From Chrysomallon squamiferum (Eukaryota; Animalia; Mollusca): DNA of 64,000 bases. Both the position numbers and the translations under genes were made by a program. Every line of letters starts with the position of its first letter. Within the stretch, counting starts at the first letter, position 1. The notes under the pieces were generated by a model, which was not told where the DNA came from, did not search any database, and worked only from the letters and a program-made list of their open reading frames with translations. The DNA lies in contig CM022668.1 in assembly GCA_012295275.1 (NCBI GenBank), positions 4,278,001-4,342,000 on the forward strand, written 5' to 3'. Positions 15,150-26,209 of the stretch are shown here, piece by piece.

Positions 15150-16543
15150 CACAACAACTCTCTGAAAGATCATTACCCAGCAACATATCTACATCCTCCA
15201 TCGGTAAACTGTCTATGAGACCGACATACACATCTCCAGGAACTAGAGGTGAATTGAGAAGAAGTTGGTGTAATGGAATAGTAGTACACCTTCCTGCAGC
15301 TGCCTTAATGATTATATTTTTATCTGTTGCCGATTTTTCTGGATCTTTTATGGCATCTTTTAGAATCAGGCTCTGTCAAGGTCCTGTGTCTCGAAAAATG
15401 GAAATTACCCTAGGAGAATAACTATTTGATTGAATATCACAAATAGTACCCTGTGACATATATTTAACATATTTCTTATGAGTATACATCTCTGGTAATT
15501 CTGAGACATTACTTACTGTTCTAACAAAACCTACAGTTTTCTGATTATCCTTTTGTCTGGCATAACAGTTTGAATCAACATGATTATTCATTATGCAATA
15601 CGAACAACGTGGTTGAAAAGGTTTAGTTTCAGCTGACAGATTACTCTTCACTGACATCCCTGACCTAGTATTATAGTATGCTGCATAACTGATGTAGGCC
15701 TAACAGAAAACCTTACCTGATTACCATCAACATTCCTCGCAAAACTTAACACAACTTTGCGACTTGTGGATGAGAACGTAGTTATCAACAGCTACAGCAG
15801 CAGTTTGTTGACTTTCTCCGATCTGCCTGGTCTGCCAAATGTAACCGAACATTTACCGGTAAACAATTTTTCACTTCATCCAAACTGATTAATTCAAGTA
15901 ATTTGCCATAATCATTCCCAATGTCGCTTGATCTAGTCCATTTATCAAAAACATTCTGTTTTCTAGACACAAACTCACAGTGCGTTTCTGAATCTAACTT
16001 CGGAAAAGGCTGATGATATGCCTCGCTGGTAAAAATAATAGGCTGTCAGCACTGCTGATTTTAACACCTCATAATTTCCGACCTGAGCATATCTAATGCA
16101 TTATAGGTTAGAGCAGTCTTTCCTTTCAATTTACTTTGAATTAACAAATGCCAAAACAATTCTGGCCATTTTAATTCAAAGGCCACTCTTTCGAACTGCT
16201 GAAACAAACTTTTAACATCATTCTCATCAAAATTAGGAACTGACCTGTAACGATCATTGATTCTAAAACCATTCGATGCATTCTCGCTTGAATTATCTCT
16301 AAACTCTCCTCTCATTTAAAGTTCATGTTCCATTTTCAATTTAATTATCTAGGTCATTACTACCCCCACTCTCGTTATCTACAGAATTTCCAAACAAAGT
16401 CTCTGTTAAGATTTCTCTGATTTGCTCTATTTTTTTGACTGAGCAATTGAAATATTATGAATATTTGCTAGCTCCAATAGCTCAGCTGTCTTGGCTCTTT
16501 TGATAAAAGTTACACTAGGATTGTTCAATGTATCTTGATCCAT
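15150..16543 (-). mobile_element. Ty3/Gypsy gag-protease remnant in the last intron of caspase copy A
   Basis: VPNFDENDVKSLFQQFERVAFELKWP...LLIQSKLKGKTA (SCAN-like gag), CSYC...H...C zinc knuckle, IFRDTG aspartic-protease motif and LLGNDL. Absent from the equivalent intron of copy B. Confidence 0.8.
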
Positions 16544-16899
16544 AATTATTTCTCAGTTTTGATTTATTTATTTTAATATCAATATTATTTTGCTGTGTTG
16601 TGTTTTCTCAAGTGGATATAAACATAAATTAGCTGTCATTAAACTGAGAAAATACACAATACATCTAAAGAAATAATTCCATAAGAATTTTTGAAAAAAA
16701 GCACCCAAATTAAATATTAATTTTACAACAACGCCATGGAGCTGAATTTTGGCGGAAACAATAAAAAAGCGCGATTGTGATTGTAGTTACAATTAAAGGA
16801 ACGCAATTTCAATTCCATGGCATAAAAATATAAAGTGCGGATGTGATTGAAGTAACAAATTGTCACGCAATCTGAATTCCGTTACAAATATTTCATCAT

Positions 16900-17160
16900 T
16901 ATCATCATTGTCCAGCTGCTCTGGCCTGCTTTCTGGACACACTTCCATCTTCTAAAATCATATCTATTTCTCTCATGCGGATAACTGGTTTTTGGGTCGT
17001 GATGTGATGTTTAACATAATTATTTTCATTTACATTTGCCTGGCTGTTAGTTTGTTCTTTGTCTGTCTTGTTTGTTGTCCATGTTTCTGCATTACATGTC
17101 ATTTCTGCACGAATACATTAGTTTTAATCTTCAAGCTGATTCTTAAGTTTCCCCTTAAGT
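16900..17160 (-). mobile_element. Short LINE (RTE-like) ORF2 3' fragment
   Basis: CNAETWTTNK resembles the YGxETWT motif found downstream of RT in RTE-type LINEs. Very degraded. Confidence 0.4.
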
Positions 17161-17191
17161 TTTCATACAATCCTAAAATTCATTTACTTAC

Positions 17192-17501
17192 TTTTTAGCA
17201 TATTTTTTTAAAATTTCTGTCATATTTGTGATGTACCAGGATCCTTTTGATCTTGATCTGTAAGTCACAAAACCTGGTACTGTGGCATATCCTATTAGAA
17301 AATCTGATTCATTGGGAATTAGTTCTGCCTGCGATATACGTTCTGCCTGCGATATAGGTTCTGCCTGCGATATAGGTTCTGCCTGCGATATAGGTTCTGC
17401 CTGCGATATACGTTCTGCCGGCGATATACGTTCTGCCTGCGAGATTGTTTCTGAAGGCGAAGCATCCATGTTAATATTACCGTCTATTTGTCGTTCATGT
17501 C
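17192..17501 (-). CDS. Copy A exon 6: intersubunit linker with 7x ISQAE[R/P/L] repeat and start of p10
   Basis: Bounded by tttacag| and AA|gtaagt. IPNESDFLIGYATVPGFVTYRSRSKGSWYI. Confidence 0.88.
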
Positions 17502-17891
17502 CTGTAAACAAAATATATCAAAAATCAAGTTCTGATATTTTAAAAACATTAATCTTCAAACAGCATGCGAATGCATACCCAAACCCATACAGATAGATAT
17601 CTATAATTATACATGATGTATTTTAGAGCAAATAAACACTAAAAACTTTTATCATTTGTGGACAATGTCAGTATAATTTTGTGTCAAACTCGTAGCAAAT
17701 TGTTCATCCCAAAAATCGTTCTCATGTATTAAACAATGAGATTGGAATTTACATAGAAATAGGCAATATAATACAATATATACGTGGCTATACAGAATAG
17801 GTATTAATGTATGTAGATTTGGGGAAAAAAATGTAACACCTTCAGTGAATAATAATAATAATAATAATAATAATGTGCCTATCATACATAC

Positions 17892-18191
17892 CTGGTTGTT
17901 TTTTGTTTCCCTGACAAGCCTGTATAAAAAACAACTTTGGTTTCCCACTCAGTGTTGGACACGACTCAGGTCTAAATGGTTCAGTCAATTTTCTGATCTT
18001 TACAGGGAAACCGTTACATCCGTATACCACACCTTCAGCTCCGTGTGATAAAATACAAACCACAACACAGTCATAGTCACTGTGATCACGGGACGCCATC
18101 CAGTTTACAGCATGAATCATACGATAGTCTGACATATTTTCTTTGTATTCGATGCGGAAGTCAAGATCCTGAAAAGTATCTCTCAGTTTTA
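17892..18191 (-). CDS. Copy A exon 5: catalytic p20 exon (SHG...QACQG)
   Basis: Same 300-nt length as the paralogous exon 27699-27998. Catalytic His and Cys are intact, but the in-frame acceptor reads GG rather than AG. Confidence 0.88.
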
Positions 18192-18437
18192 CCTTGAAAT
18201 AAAAGTGGTTTTCATGCTTTTAAACTAGGTAAGTAATATTGATGTTTATGTATGTGTTTGTTCAGTTCGAACCAAAAAAATGTTTTTAATAGATGATGTT
18301 TGAGCATGTGACATTATTTATGACATTTTACACATATTCTGAAACGTGAAAATAATGGAAAATTATTAATTATGTAAGTGAATAAATCTGACTATATATA
18401 TCTAATTAGTGTATGAATTTCATTTATAAAACACTAT

Positions 18438-18530
<93 letters not shown>

Positions 18531-18717
18531 TATATGTAAATAAACCTTCATTACTATTATTATTGCTTTTATTACTATCTTGTTATTATTTGTTCTTAGA
18601 ATTATTTTTAGTATCATTATTACTGTTATTGTTATTGTTACTGATGCTGTTATTTTAATTATTATTATAGTTTGTGTTGTTGTTGTGGTTGCTATTCTCT
18701 TTCAAAGTAAAATTTAC

Positions 18718-18816
18718 CGATATCTTCATCAGTTCCTGGCCTGTCTAGCAATGCTTCATCATCTTTCTTCATTTGATCTTTGTGAAAATTTCTATTGTTG
18801 ATTATTAAACATATTC
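18718..18816 (-). CDS. Copy A exon 4: p20 N-terminal part (GICLIINNRNF...DRPGTDED)
   Basis: 99-nt exon bounded by tgtag| and |gtaaat, with the CLIINNxxF and RxGT caspase motifs. Confidence 0.88.
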
Positions 18817-19227
18817 CTACAATAACACAGAAAAAAAAACCCAGTTTTAACGGAAATATGAAGCATAAATTTAAGAGACAGAGAGAGAGAAACAGACAGA
18901 CAGAATGAGCGGGAGATACAGTGATATGAATGTGGTGAGTCCAGATTGTGTCTGTGTTTATGAATCACTCATCAAGATACAGTAGCTGGAGTAAGAGCAG
19001 GGAATCATGACTTGTACACTGGGGAATTCAAATCTCTAGCAGTGCAGATTTGCGTAAACATCACCAAACAAATCTCAAGGACATAAAAAAAAATGTATTA
19101 GTGTATTTGTGTATTTGTGTATGACAGATATCGCTCACATACATTGTTTGTCCCATTCTAATACTATTATTAAAAAGGCCTCTTTTTCCTAGTCACAAAT
19201 CAGTAAAATATTTATTTCAAAATATAC

Positions 19228-19284
19228 CTCGAACATTAGAATCCATTTTGTAGAAGCGAAGAGGACTACGGCCAATGCGATTCT
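19228..19284 (-). CDS. Copy A exon 3: start of caspase domain (ENRIGRSPLRFYKMDSNVRG)
   Basis: 57-nt phase 1-1 exon bounded by ctgcag| and |gtatat. YxMxxxxRG is the usual start of the caspase p20 subunit. Confidence 0.75.
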
Positions 19285-19828
19285 CTGCAGATTTTTCAAG
19301 AACAAATAAGTGAAAAAATTAAACATAATAATACGTAACAAAACTGAAGATAAGTTCTGCTATAAAATTAAAATAAATGCAGCTTAATCCGATTTCTTCA
19401 TTGGTTTTGCGATGTCAGTTATTTGCTTATAATAAAGTATAATGATAAAATAACAAAGAGTAGAACTATGAAGATAAAATAAAATGATGCCCGTTATAAT
19501 GATAATGATGATGATACCACGTCTGAAGTCACATTTTTTCTTCAACCCATATGAGAAAGTACTAGAAATAAACATTTTCATAAAAATAAACATAGATGAT
19601 CAAATTCAAGACATAAATAAAAATCACACATGCACACACACAATGTAACTAGAGACATTAAATCATAAAAGCGTTAGTCACTGGTGAATGAAATTTTGTG
19701 ATAAAATCTTGAGGGATAATAGTAATGACACTGAAATAACTTAAAACTTTACACTCTCTGAACTCTAGAATATTTGCCAACTGTTTTGTGTTTTCAGAGA
19801 GCTGATTTACTTCAAACCAAAACATTAC

Positions 19829-20086
19829 CTTCCAAAATGTTTTCCAGTGCTGCTGCTATTTGTGTCATTTCACAGTTCCTCATGACCTTGGACAAATCTC
19901 TTATTATCTTTTTACTATCATGAGTGTTGTTTATCATTTGGAGCCTTAGTTTGATCACGTTAGTGTTTCTGTCGTGAGGTGAATGATAATACTCACTCAA
20001 ATCTTGTGTTAAGTCAGGAGTATTCAAAATGGTTGGAAGGGAAAAGAACTCCTTGTCTGATATATGCAGAAAGATATCATGTATAG
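19829..20086 (-). CDS. Copy A exon 2: putative death domain (symmetric phase 1-1 exon, 258 nt)
   Basis: Acceptor tgcag| and donor G|gtaatg, open frame. IHDIFLHISDKEFFSLPTILNTPDL...IKLRLQM...IIRDLSKVMRNCEMTQIAAALE has a death-domain-like helical pattern. Confidence 0.65.
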
Positions 20087-20513
20087 CTGCATTAAACAAT
20101 ACAATGAAATACAAAACAAAAGTGAAATACATTTTGAATATATATTTATAAATTATTGATTTTATTAGTTTATTGATGATAAAAGTTTGCTAATAATATA
20201 CTATTTGAATAAAAGTAATTAGAATGATAATTATAAATGCTGACATTTTCCTTTTTTTGTGGTATTATTTTGTTTATTCAGAAATGTTTAAAAAATCTCG
20301 TCGGAACAATTAACAAATAATAGAAAGTTGAAATCTTTGATAAAATTAGTTAAAATACGTAAATTACAGAAACATGATGTAATCTGATCATTTATAAGAA
20401 TATTTCTACATTAATTTATTTTCAAACTAAAGTTAGAACACATATTAAGTTATCACTTTTATTATTCTTGGGTCATTTAAGAAGGTTTCCGGGTGTTTTG
20501 GTTTCTTATTTAC

Positions 20514-21420
20514 CTGGTTCTGAAGCAAGACTTTGTGTTGGCTGAGGAGTCTTTGGTACAACCCTCTCTGTTGTCCTACCAGGCTTTGTTGGCTCACTGG
20601 GATATTCTACTTCAAAATTTTGATTTGGCATGTGTTCTTGTTGTTCACATTGATGAGCTTGTTCTGAAGAAGGAATTTGTGCTGGTTGAGGATTCTTTGG
20701 TACAACCATGTTCGTTGTCCTACCAGGCTGTCTGGAATATTCTCCTTGCACCCCTTGTATTGGAAGGTTTATTTGTTGTTCAAGTTTATTTCCACTCTTC
20801 ATCAATGCTGACTGATCTGCTGTAGACATTGTACTAAGACCCATCCACTGCTTGTAGTTCATTGTTTTTTCCACCAAATCAGATCTTCCTATCTGCTTAA
20901 AAGAACCTTCCAAAATATCAATATTTTCAGGACTAATTTTTTTCATCTGATCAAGAAGGAAAACAAAATCTAGTACATTGTGAATCTTTTGTTGCTTTGC
21001 TCCAGGAATGTCTGCAGAACAAAACAACCTATCCAAGTCCTCTTTACCGATTTCATCAGAAAGATCAAGAAGCAGATTTCTGTATGGTGAAAAATGTGAT
21101 CCATACATGAACAGAAGTTTATCCAGTTCTTTCTCGTCAACCTATAATTTTTTCACAAGATCTAACCTCATAATACGTTTTAACATCTCGGCCAAAACCC
21201 ACTTATTTGTTTCTTTCAGTTTGCCTGTTTCCTCAAGAAAGCTGAATAGTTCAGTTCCATTCTTTATATGTTCCAGTCGATTGAATGGAACAAAGTCACG
21301 ACACAAGAATTTCAGAGAATCAATGTCCTTGCTGTTCAGGTTTCTGTTAACTTCAAGCAATACAGATCTGTAATGACTAAACTCCTCACTGATTTAATCT
21401 GTTAGTAAATCATCAGTCAT
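20514..21420 (-). CDS. Copy A exon 1: tandem death effector domains plus a Pro/Gln-rich linker (two in-frame stops)
   Basis: YRSVLLEVNRNLNSKDIDSLKFLCRDF...KRIMRLDL (DED1) and SPYRNLLLDLSDEIGKEDL...IGRSDLV (DED2). Donor CAG|gtaaat after 20514. Confidence 0.88.
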
Positions 21421-22200
21421 TTTGTTTGCTATTTATTAGACACAGCTCTTGTCTGGAAAAAGTTTAAATTAAGTCACACCAGTGAACAACTGATTTTTTA
21501 TTTCCATTCATTGTTGGTGTACAAGTGTTTCAGCAAAATTATATAATCGGGTGATCAGTAAAATCTATATTATATGTTGTCACAGCTTTAGAATTTAGTA
21601 TAGTTTTGTTTCCCAGACAGTGACTGGGGAAAATATCTGACATTGTCATCATAAGAAAGAACTAAACAGCAGTCATTAATTTTCCTTATAATTTATGTCC
21701 AACAATATACCAAACCTTGGTAGTTTTCTGACTAAATTAAATTTTGTTCATCAAATACTCGTCTATTTGTTGTTGTTGTTACAACAAAAAATCAAATATT
21801 GTTTCCTGATGTGGTAAGTTACTTGTTAAAACAGTATCGATTTACAAATTTTATTTTAAAATATTTGTTTGAAAAGTATCTACTAGTATAAGTCAAGTAT
21901 GTATGTTATTTATGAATAATCAAAAGTGAAAGCTATTGTTGTATCTGACTGACTTCTAAAACAATTAAACTTTTACGTTGAAATATTAAACGATTTCGTT
22001 TCGTTTTACGATACTTCTGTTCAGTGACTAACTGTTTAAAATCAAAACAACCTAAAGCTGTTACAATAACTGATTGTATTAGACTATCAAGCGTTTACCT
22101 ACCAGTCCACAGCCATAGCAAGCAAAAATATTTTGTCTTTGAATCAATTATATTTATAATTTTCATCAAGACAGCCCATTTCATGACACTGGAAGTCCAC

Positions 22201-22302
22201 CAAGGGTATTCCCCTTTCTCAAGGCCGGAGTCACACAAGGATATTCCCCTTTCTTAACGCGGGAGTCACACAAGGGTTTTCCCCTTTCTTAAGGCAGGAG
22301 TC
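22201..22302. promoter_or_regulatory. Three tandem 35-bp units, each with an NF-kB/Rel(Dorsal)-like site, ~0.8 kb upstream of the copy A ATG
   Basis: On the gene strand: GGGGAATACCC, GGGGAATATCC and GGGGAAAACCC, each adjacent to gagtca. Confidence 0.5.
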
Positions 22303-22624
22303 AAATCGGTTTCAACAATCCAACTGCACCGTAGCGTAACGAAAGTAATTGATGACGCATAACTCGTGATTGTACTGTTAGCTTAAATACAGATCATTAA
22401 AGAAAAAAAAAGTTCAACAAAGGTTACGAAAACAACAACATTTTTGTTGTACCTGATAGACATACATTTCTACTAATAATTATAGTTGGTAATTTATGTA
22501 TTGGGAGAGAGAGATAATAAATAAATAATAAAATCAACAACTTACTTCAGAGCCACTGTTCCTTTTCTTTACTTTTTTAAATTTAATTCTTTTATATATT
22601 TTTTCTTGCTTCTTGTTGTTGTTG

Positions 22625-22682
<58 letters not shown>

Positions 22683-23418
22683 AACTTTTCCGATTCTTCA
22701 AACAAGAGGTACGAAAGAAAGTAGATCTTGCGTAACACAAACTCCCTCCGAAGCCCTGTTATTTTATTTATATATTTTTTAATATTTATTATTTTTTTAT
22801 ATATAATTCACTATTTATTTATTTATTTGTTTGTTTGTTTATTTGTAAGTATCTAAAGCCAATCTTTTTAACTACTGAGAATAAAACGAACGGGAAATAA
22901 CTCCAATCTAAATGTCCTGAAATTGCATTTAATCCGAAGTTTAAATTCAATTAACTATACATGACTGGAACAGCTAAAATAAATAAATAAAATGAAATCA
23001 AATGAAACAAAGATTTTAGCGATAGATAGAGAGATAGATAGATAGATAGATATACTGATACATATATATATAATGATATAATCTATAAATTAATCAATAT
23101 CAACCGCTCATTAAATAATAATAATAATAATAATACAACGCAATACTTATACAGCTGCTGGTACCACTACCCCTGCTAATATCTATTAAAACGACGATGA
23201 CGACTAATACTACCACTGATATTGCTATTGTTACTACCACTACAACTATATACTGCTACTACTGCCACTACCACTACTAATACTAATACTACGATAATAA
23301 TGTTTTTCTCGCTACTTATCTGTATGTCTGTCCGTGTGTATATGCATGACTTGCAGAAATAAAGAAAAGTGTGTATAATCATCATCATTATCATCATATC
23401 ATTATATTTATAATTATC

Positions 23419-23469
<51 letters not shown>

Positions 23470-26091
23470 ATCATCATCATCATCATCATCGTCTAATGTT
23501 TAACCTCCTCTTGAAAAAAAACCCAGTTCAAATTTCAATATTTTCTTTAAAGAAGAAGAAGAAGAAGAAGCACAAAACATATAAAACCAAATCGACGTTT
23601 AAACCTCGTTTGACAGTTCAGGAAAATCTTTCTAAAACTGTTTACGTGTTTTTATGAACATCTCTCTCCAGTTTCTTTAATAGTTTTCCGCATTTTGGAG
23701 CAAAACATATTTTTATCGAACAACGACCTCCGAGGAACAAGTTAAAATAAATTTTAATACCTCAGATATTTTTGTTTGCTTTTTCTTCTTTCCTTTGACA
23801 ACATAGACAACATTTCACAGCGTGTTGTTCCGCTATTTTTTCTTCTATTTTTAAATACTTATAGTGATTATTATCATTTATTGTTTACTTTCTTTTTTTG
23901 TTATTTAATTTGTATTTTGTTCCGAGCAACTGCACAAGCAAAAAATAAAAATTTAGAACATTTTAAAGATGTAATAAATAATAAAATGTTGTGTTTACAA
24001 AATGCAAATGCTGAAATTTTCAAAATCATAATTATAAAATCTGAATTCTAACCAAACTGACCTCTCAGCACAGCAAAGTTAACTCCGACACCAAAAGGGA
24101 GGTAACCCAACTGTGATAAACACAACATTTTAAAATAAAGGCAGCCGAATCATGTAGATACAGGACTAAAATGTCCGATCTGTCAGTGAATTTGTCTGTA
24201 TTTTTTAAAGAGATACCACAATATCTTCGACAAGCCGTCACCAGGGTTTCAGTACTTCAGTGAAGGTTACATTCACGATGTTAACATGTTTTGGAATGAT
24301 GCGGCACCATTTTTACCTAACCTAGTTGAACAAATAAGAGAATTTTATTTCTTTTCTTTTCTTTTCTTGGGCTACGACTGTATTTAAAAACAAAACCAAA
24401 AAAACACAGCAATGATAACAAAAATACTGAGTTAACAACAATGTGGGTGATTTTTATATATTTCCATGAGAAAATACTTGTCACTAACTAAGAAAGGGAA
24501 AATGTTAATTCTACTTCCTTGTACAAAAAGAATCTAAAATTATACATTTTTTTAAATTCTTATAGTCAGTTTTCTTTTACGAATTACAAAATTAGTCGAA
24601 AGAAAAATTACATTCTGATCAAATTTTATTATGAATTTATTAACTTAAGCAAATCATCACCAGTATATACGTTATTTTTATTATTTATCTATTTGTTTAT
24701 TTATTTCTGTTTAATGTTTTTTTTTGAAATTTTTATTTACTTAATAAACTGATTGTTTTCCTTTTTAGATACTGTGTACACGTTATCAAAGGAAACACTT
24801 TAAGATAGAAACAGTTGCTGTTTAAGTTGTGTGTTGTCAGTGAGTTTTGTCATGTGAAATACATCAGAAGTAAAACAATTTCTGCTTATGCAAACTTATA
24901 GCTGGACATTACAGTCCAGATTCTGCCTTTGTTACTTTTCTCTGATTTTTTATTATTTTTATATAAGATGTTTTCTGTTTTTCTTAGTCTTTATTCTTGT
25001 AATAATGTTTATCCATGATGAAATAATTATATTAGGTCTTTGACAAAAGTAGTTACTGTTTTCATTGTGACTGGGGTTTTTATTTTCTTTCTTTCTTTCT
25101 TTTTCTTTTTTTATAATTTGGTTATATTAATTTTTTACATTTGTTTTGTTTTCTTTAAAGGTAAGCAAACAGGTAAAATAATAATGTTTGTTCATTTAAT
25201 CTAGTTTTAATATTTTTTTAAACTGTGTTATTTATGGTGATCATATACAAAATAATAAATATAAAGTAACAATGTTACTTCCCTATACATTAATCATTTT
25301 CAACAAGTGTACTTTGCTTATTTCAATGAGATATTTATTGTAAATATATACACAACGGATATAATAACTGATATATTTTTCTCATTCAGTAATTGAATTA
25401 ATACATCTCCAGCCTTATAGGTCACTTGAACAGTTTTAACTATTCTTTTAAATGGCAGAACATTTTAAAAACTTAAAATTTCCATGCATGAAAACAATAA
25501 CAGACATGTTAATACTGTATGAATTATTCAAAAGTTTTGATTTCTTATTTCTCTTTTTCTTTTTGTTTTATTTCTTTTAACTTTTTTCTTTTTTACTTCT
25601 TACATTTTTATTCCAATAAAGAAGTGGTAACAGTTATTTTAATTAAATTTTAACAGCTGTTTTATTCATACATTTATTTTTCATTTATAGTTTTAGTACT
25701 GTTTGTTGCATGAAATTAAATAATTCTATTTTTTCCTGTCTGTAGTCAGAAAAAATATATACTTTATGTCAGAAAAATATATGTAAATTGTTTTTATTGT
25801 ACAGTGAACTGTATGTAAAGTGACATCTCGTTATGCACTTGGAATCAGTTTAATATCAAAACATTTACTGTGTCTTCAAATATCATTAGGGCCAATTTTA
25901 TTACTAATATAATGGATTCAGGTGTTCCTCTGGCCATCCATATAAAGTAATAGATTTCAGGCCTTTTATAAATTTCATTCTGGCTTTGGAAAAGACACGA
26001 ATTTTACACAACTATTCGTTCTGGATAGCTCATCGCTGTTACACATCTCTTTACCACGACTGTGGTTAGGCTTCCGCACGCATTCAATAAC

Positions 26092-26209
26092 GAATGAATG
26101 AAAAAAAAATAAAAAAATAAAAATTAACGTGCTAATCAGAGCTAGCTGTTGTGAAGCACGTCTACGACGGGCACACTTTCTGACAGGTCAGTGGGCGTGT
26201 CCGTCGCAG
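26092..26209 (-). mobile_element. 5'-truncated copy of the same retroposon family
   Basis: Target-site duplication ttcaataac at 26083-26091 and 26210-26218. Empty sites at ~3832 and ~26600. Confidence 0.75.

Larger units (their letters stand above)
14476..21420 (-). pseudogene. CASP8: Caspase-8/10-like gene, copy A: DED-DED-linker-putative DD-caspase p20/p10, 7 exons, disrupted
   Basis: Exons 21420-20514, 20086-19829, 19284-19228, 18816-18718, 18191-17892, 17501-17192 and 14608-14476 join in phase with GT-AG introns, except one GG acceptor. Motifs: DED RLDL and RSDL, YKMDSNVRG, ICLIINN, LSHG, KPKLFFIQACQG, DFLIGYAT, GSWYI, KQSP...SLRKKLIF. In-frame stops at 21394-21396 (TAA) and 21142-21144 (TAG). 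Confidence 0.88.

Noticed and set aside
19518-19561. Possible extra mini-exon in caspase copy A
   Set aside because: It has AG/GT ends but introduces a TGA in the required phase. The model is in frame without it.
21142-21396. TAA/TAG read as Gln (ciliate-type code) or programmed readthrough, since the caspase genes end in TGA
   Set aside because: Copy E has CAG at the homologous site, the gene content is metazoan, and the NHL frame ends in TAA. Simple nonsense mutation is the more parsimonious explanation.
22201-22302. CRISPR-like repeat array
   Set aside because: Head-to-tail repeats without unique spacers, in a eukaryotic context, with no cas genes.
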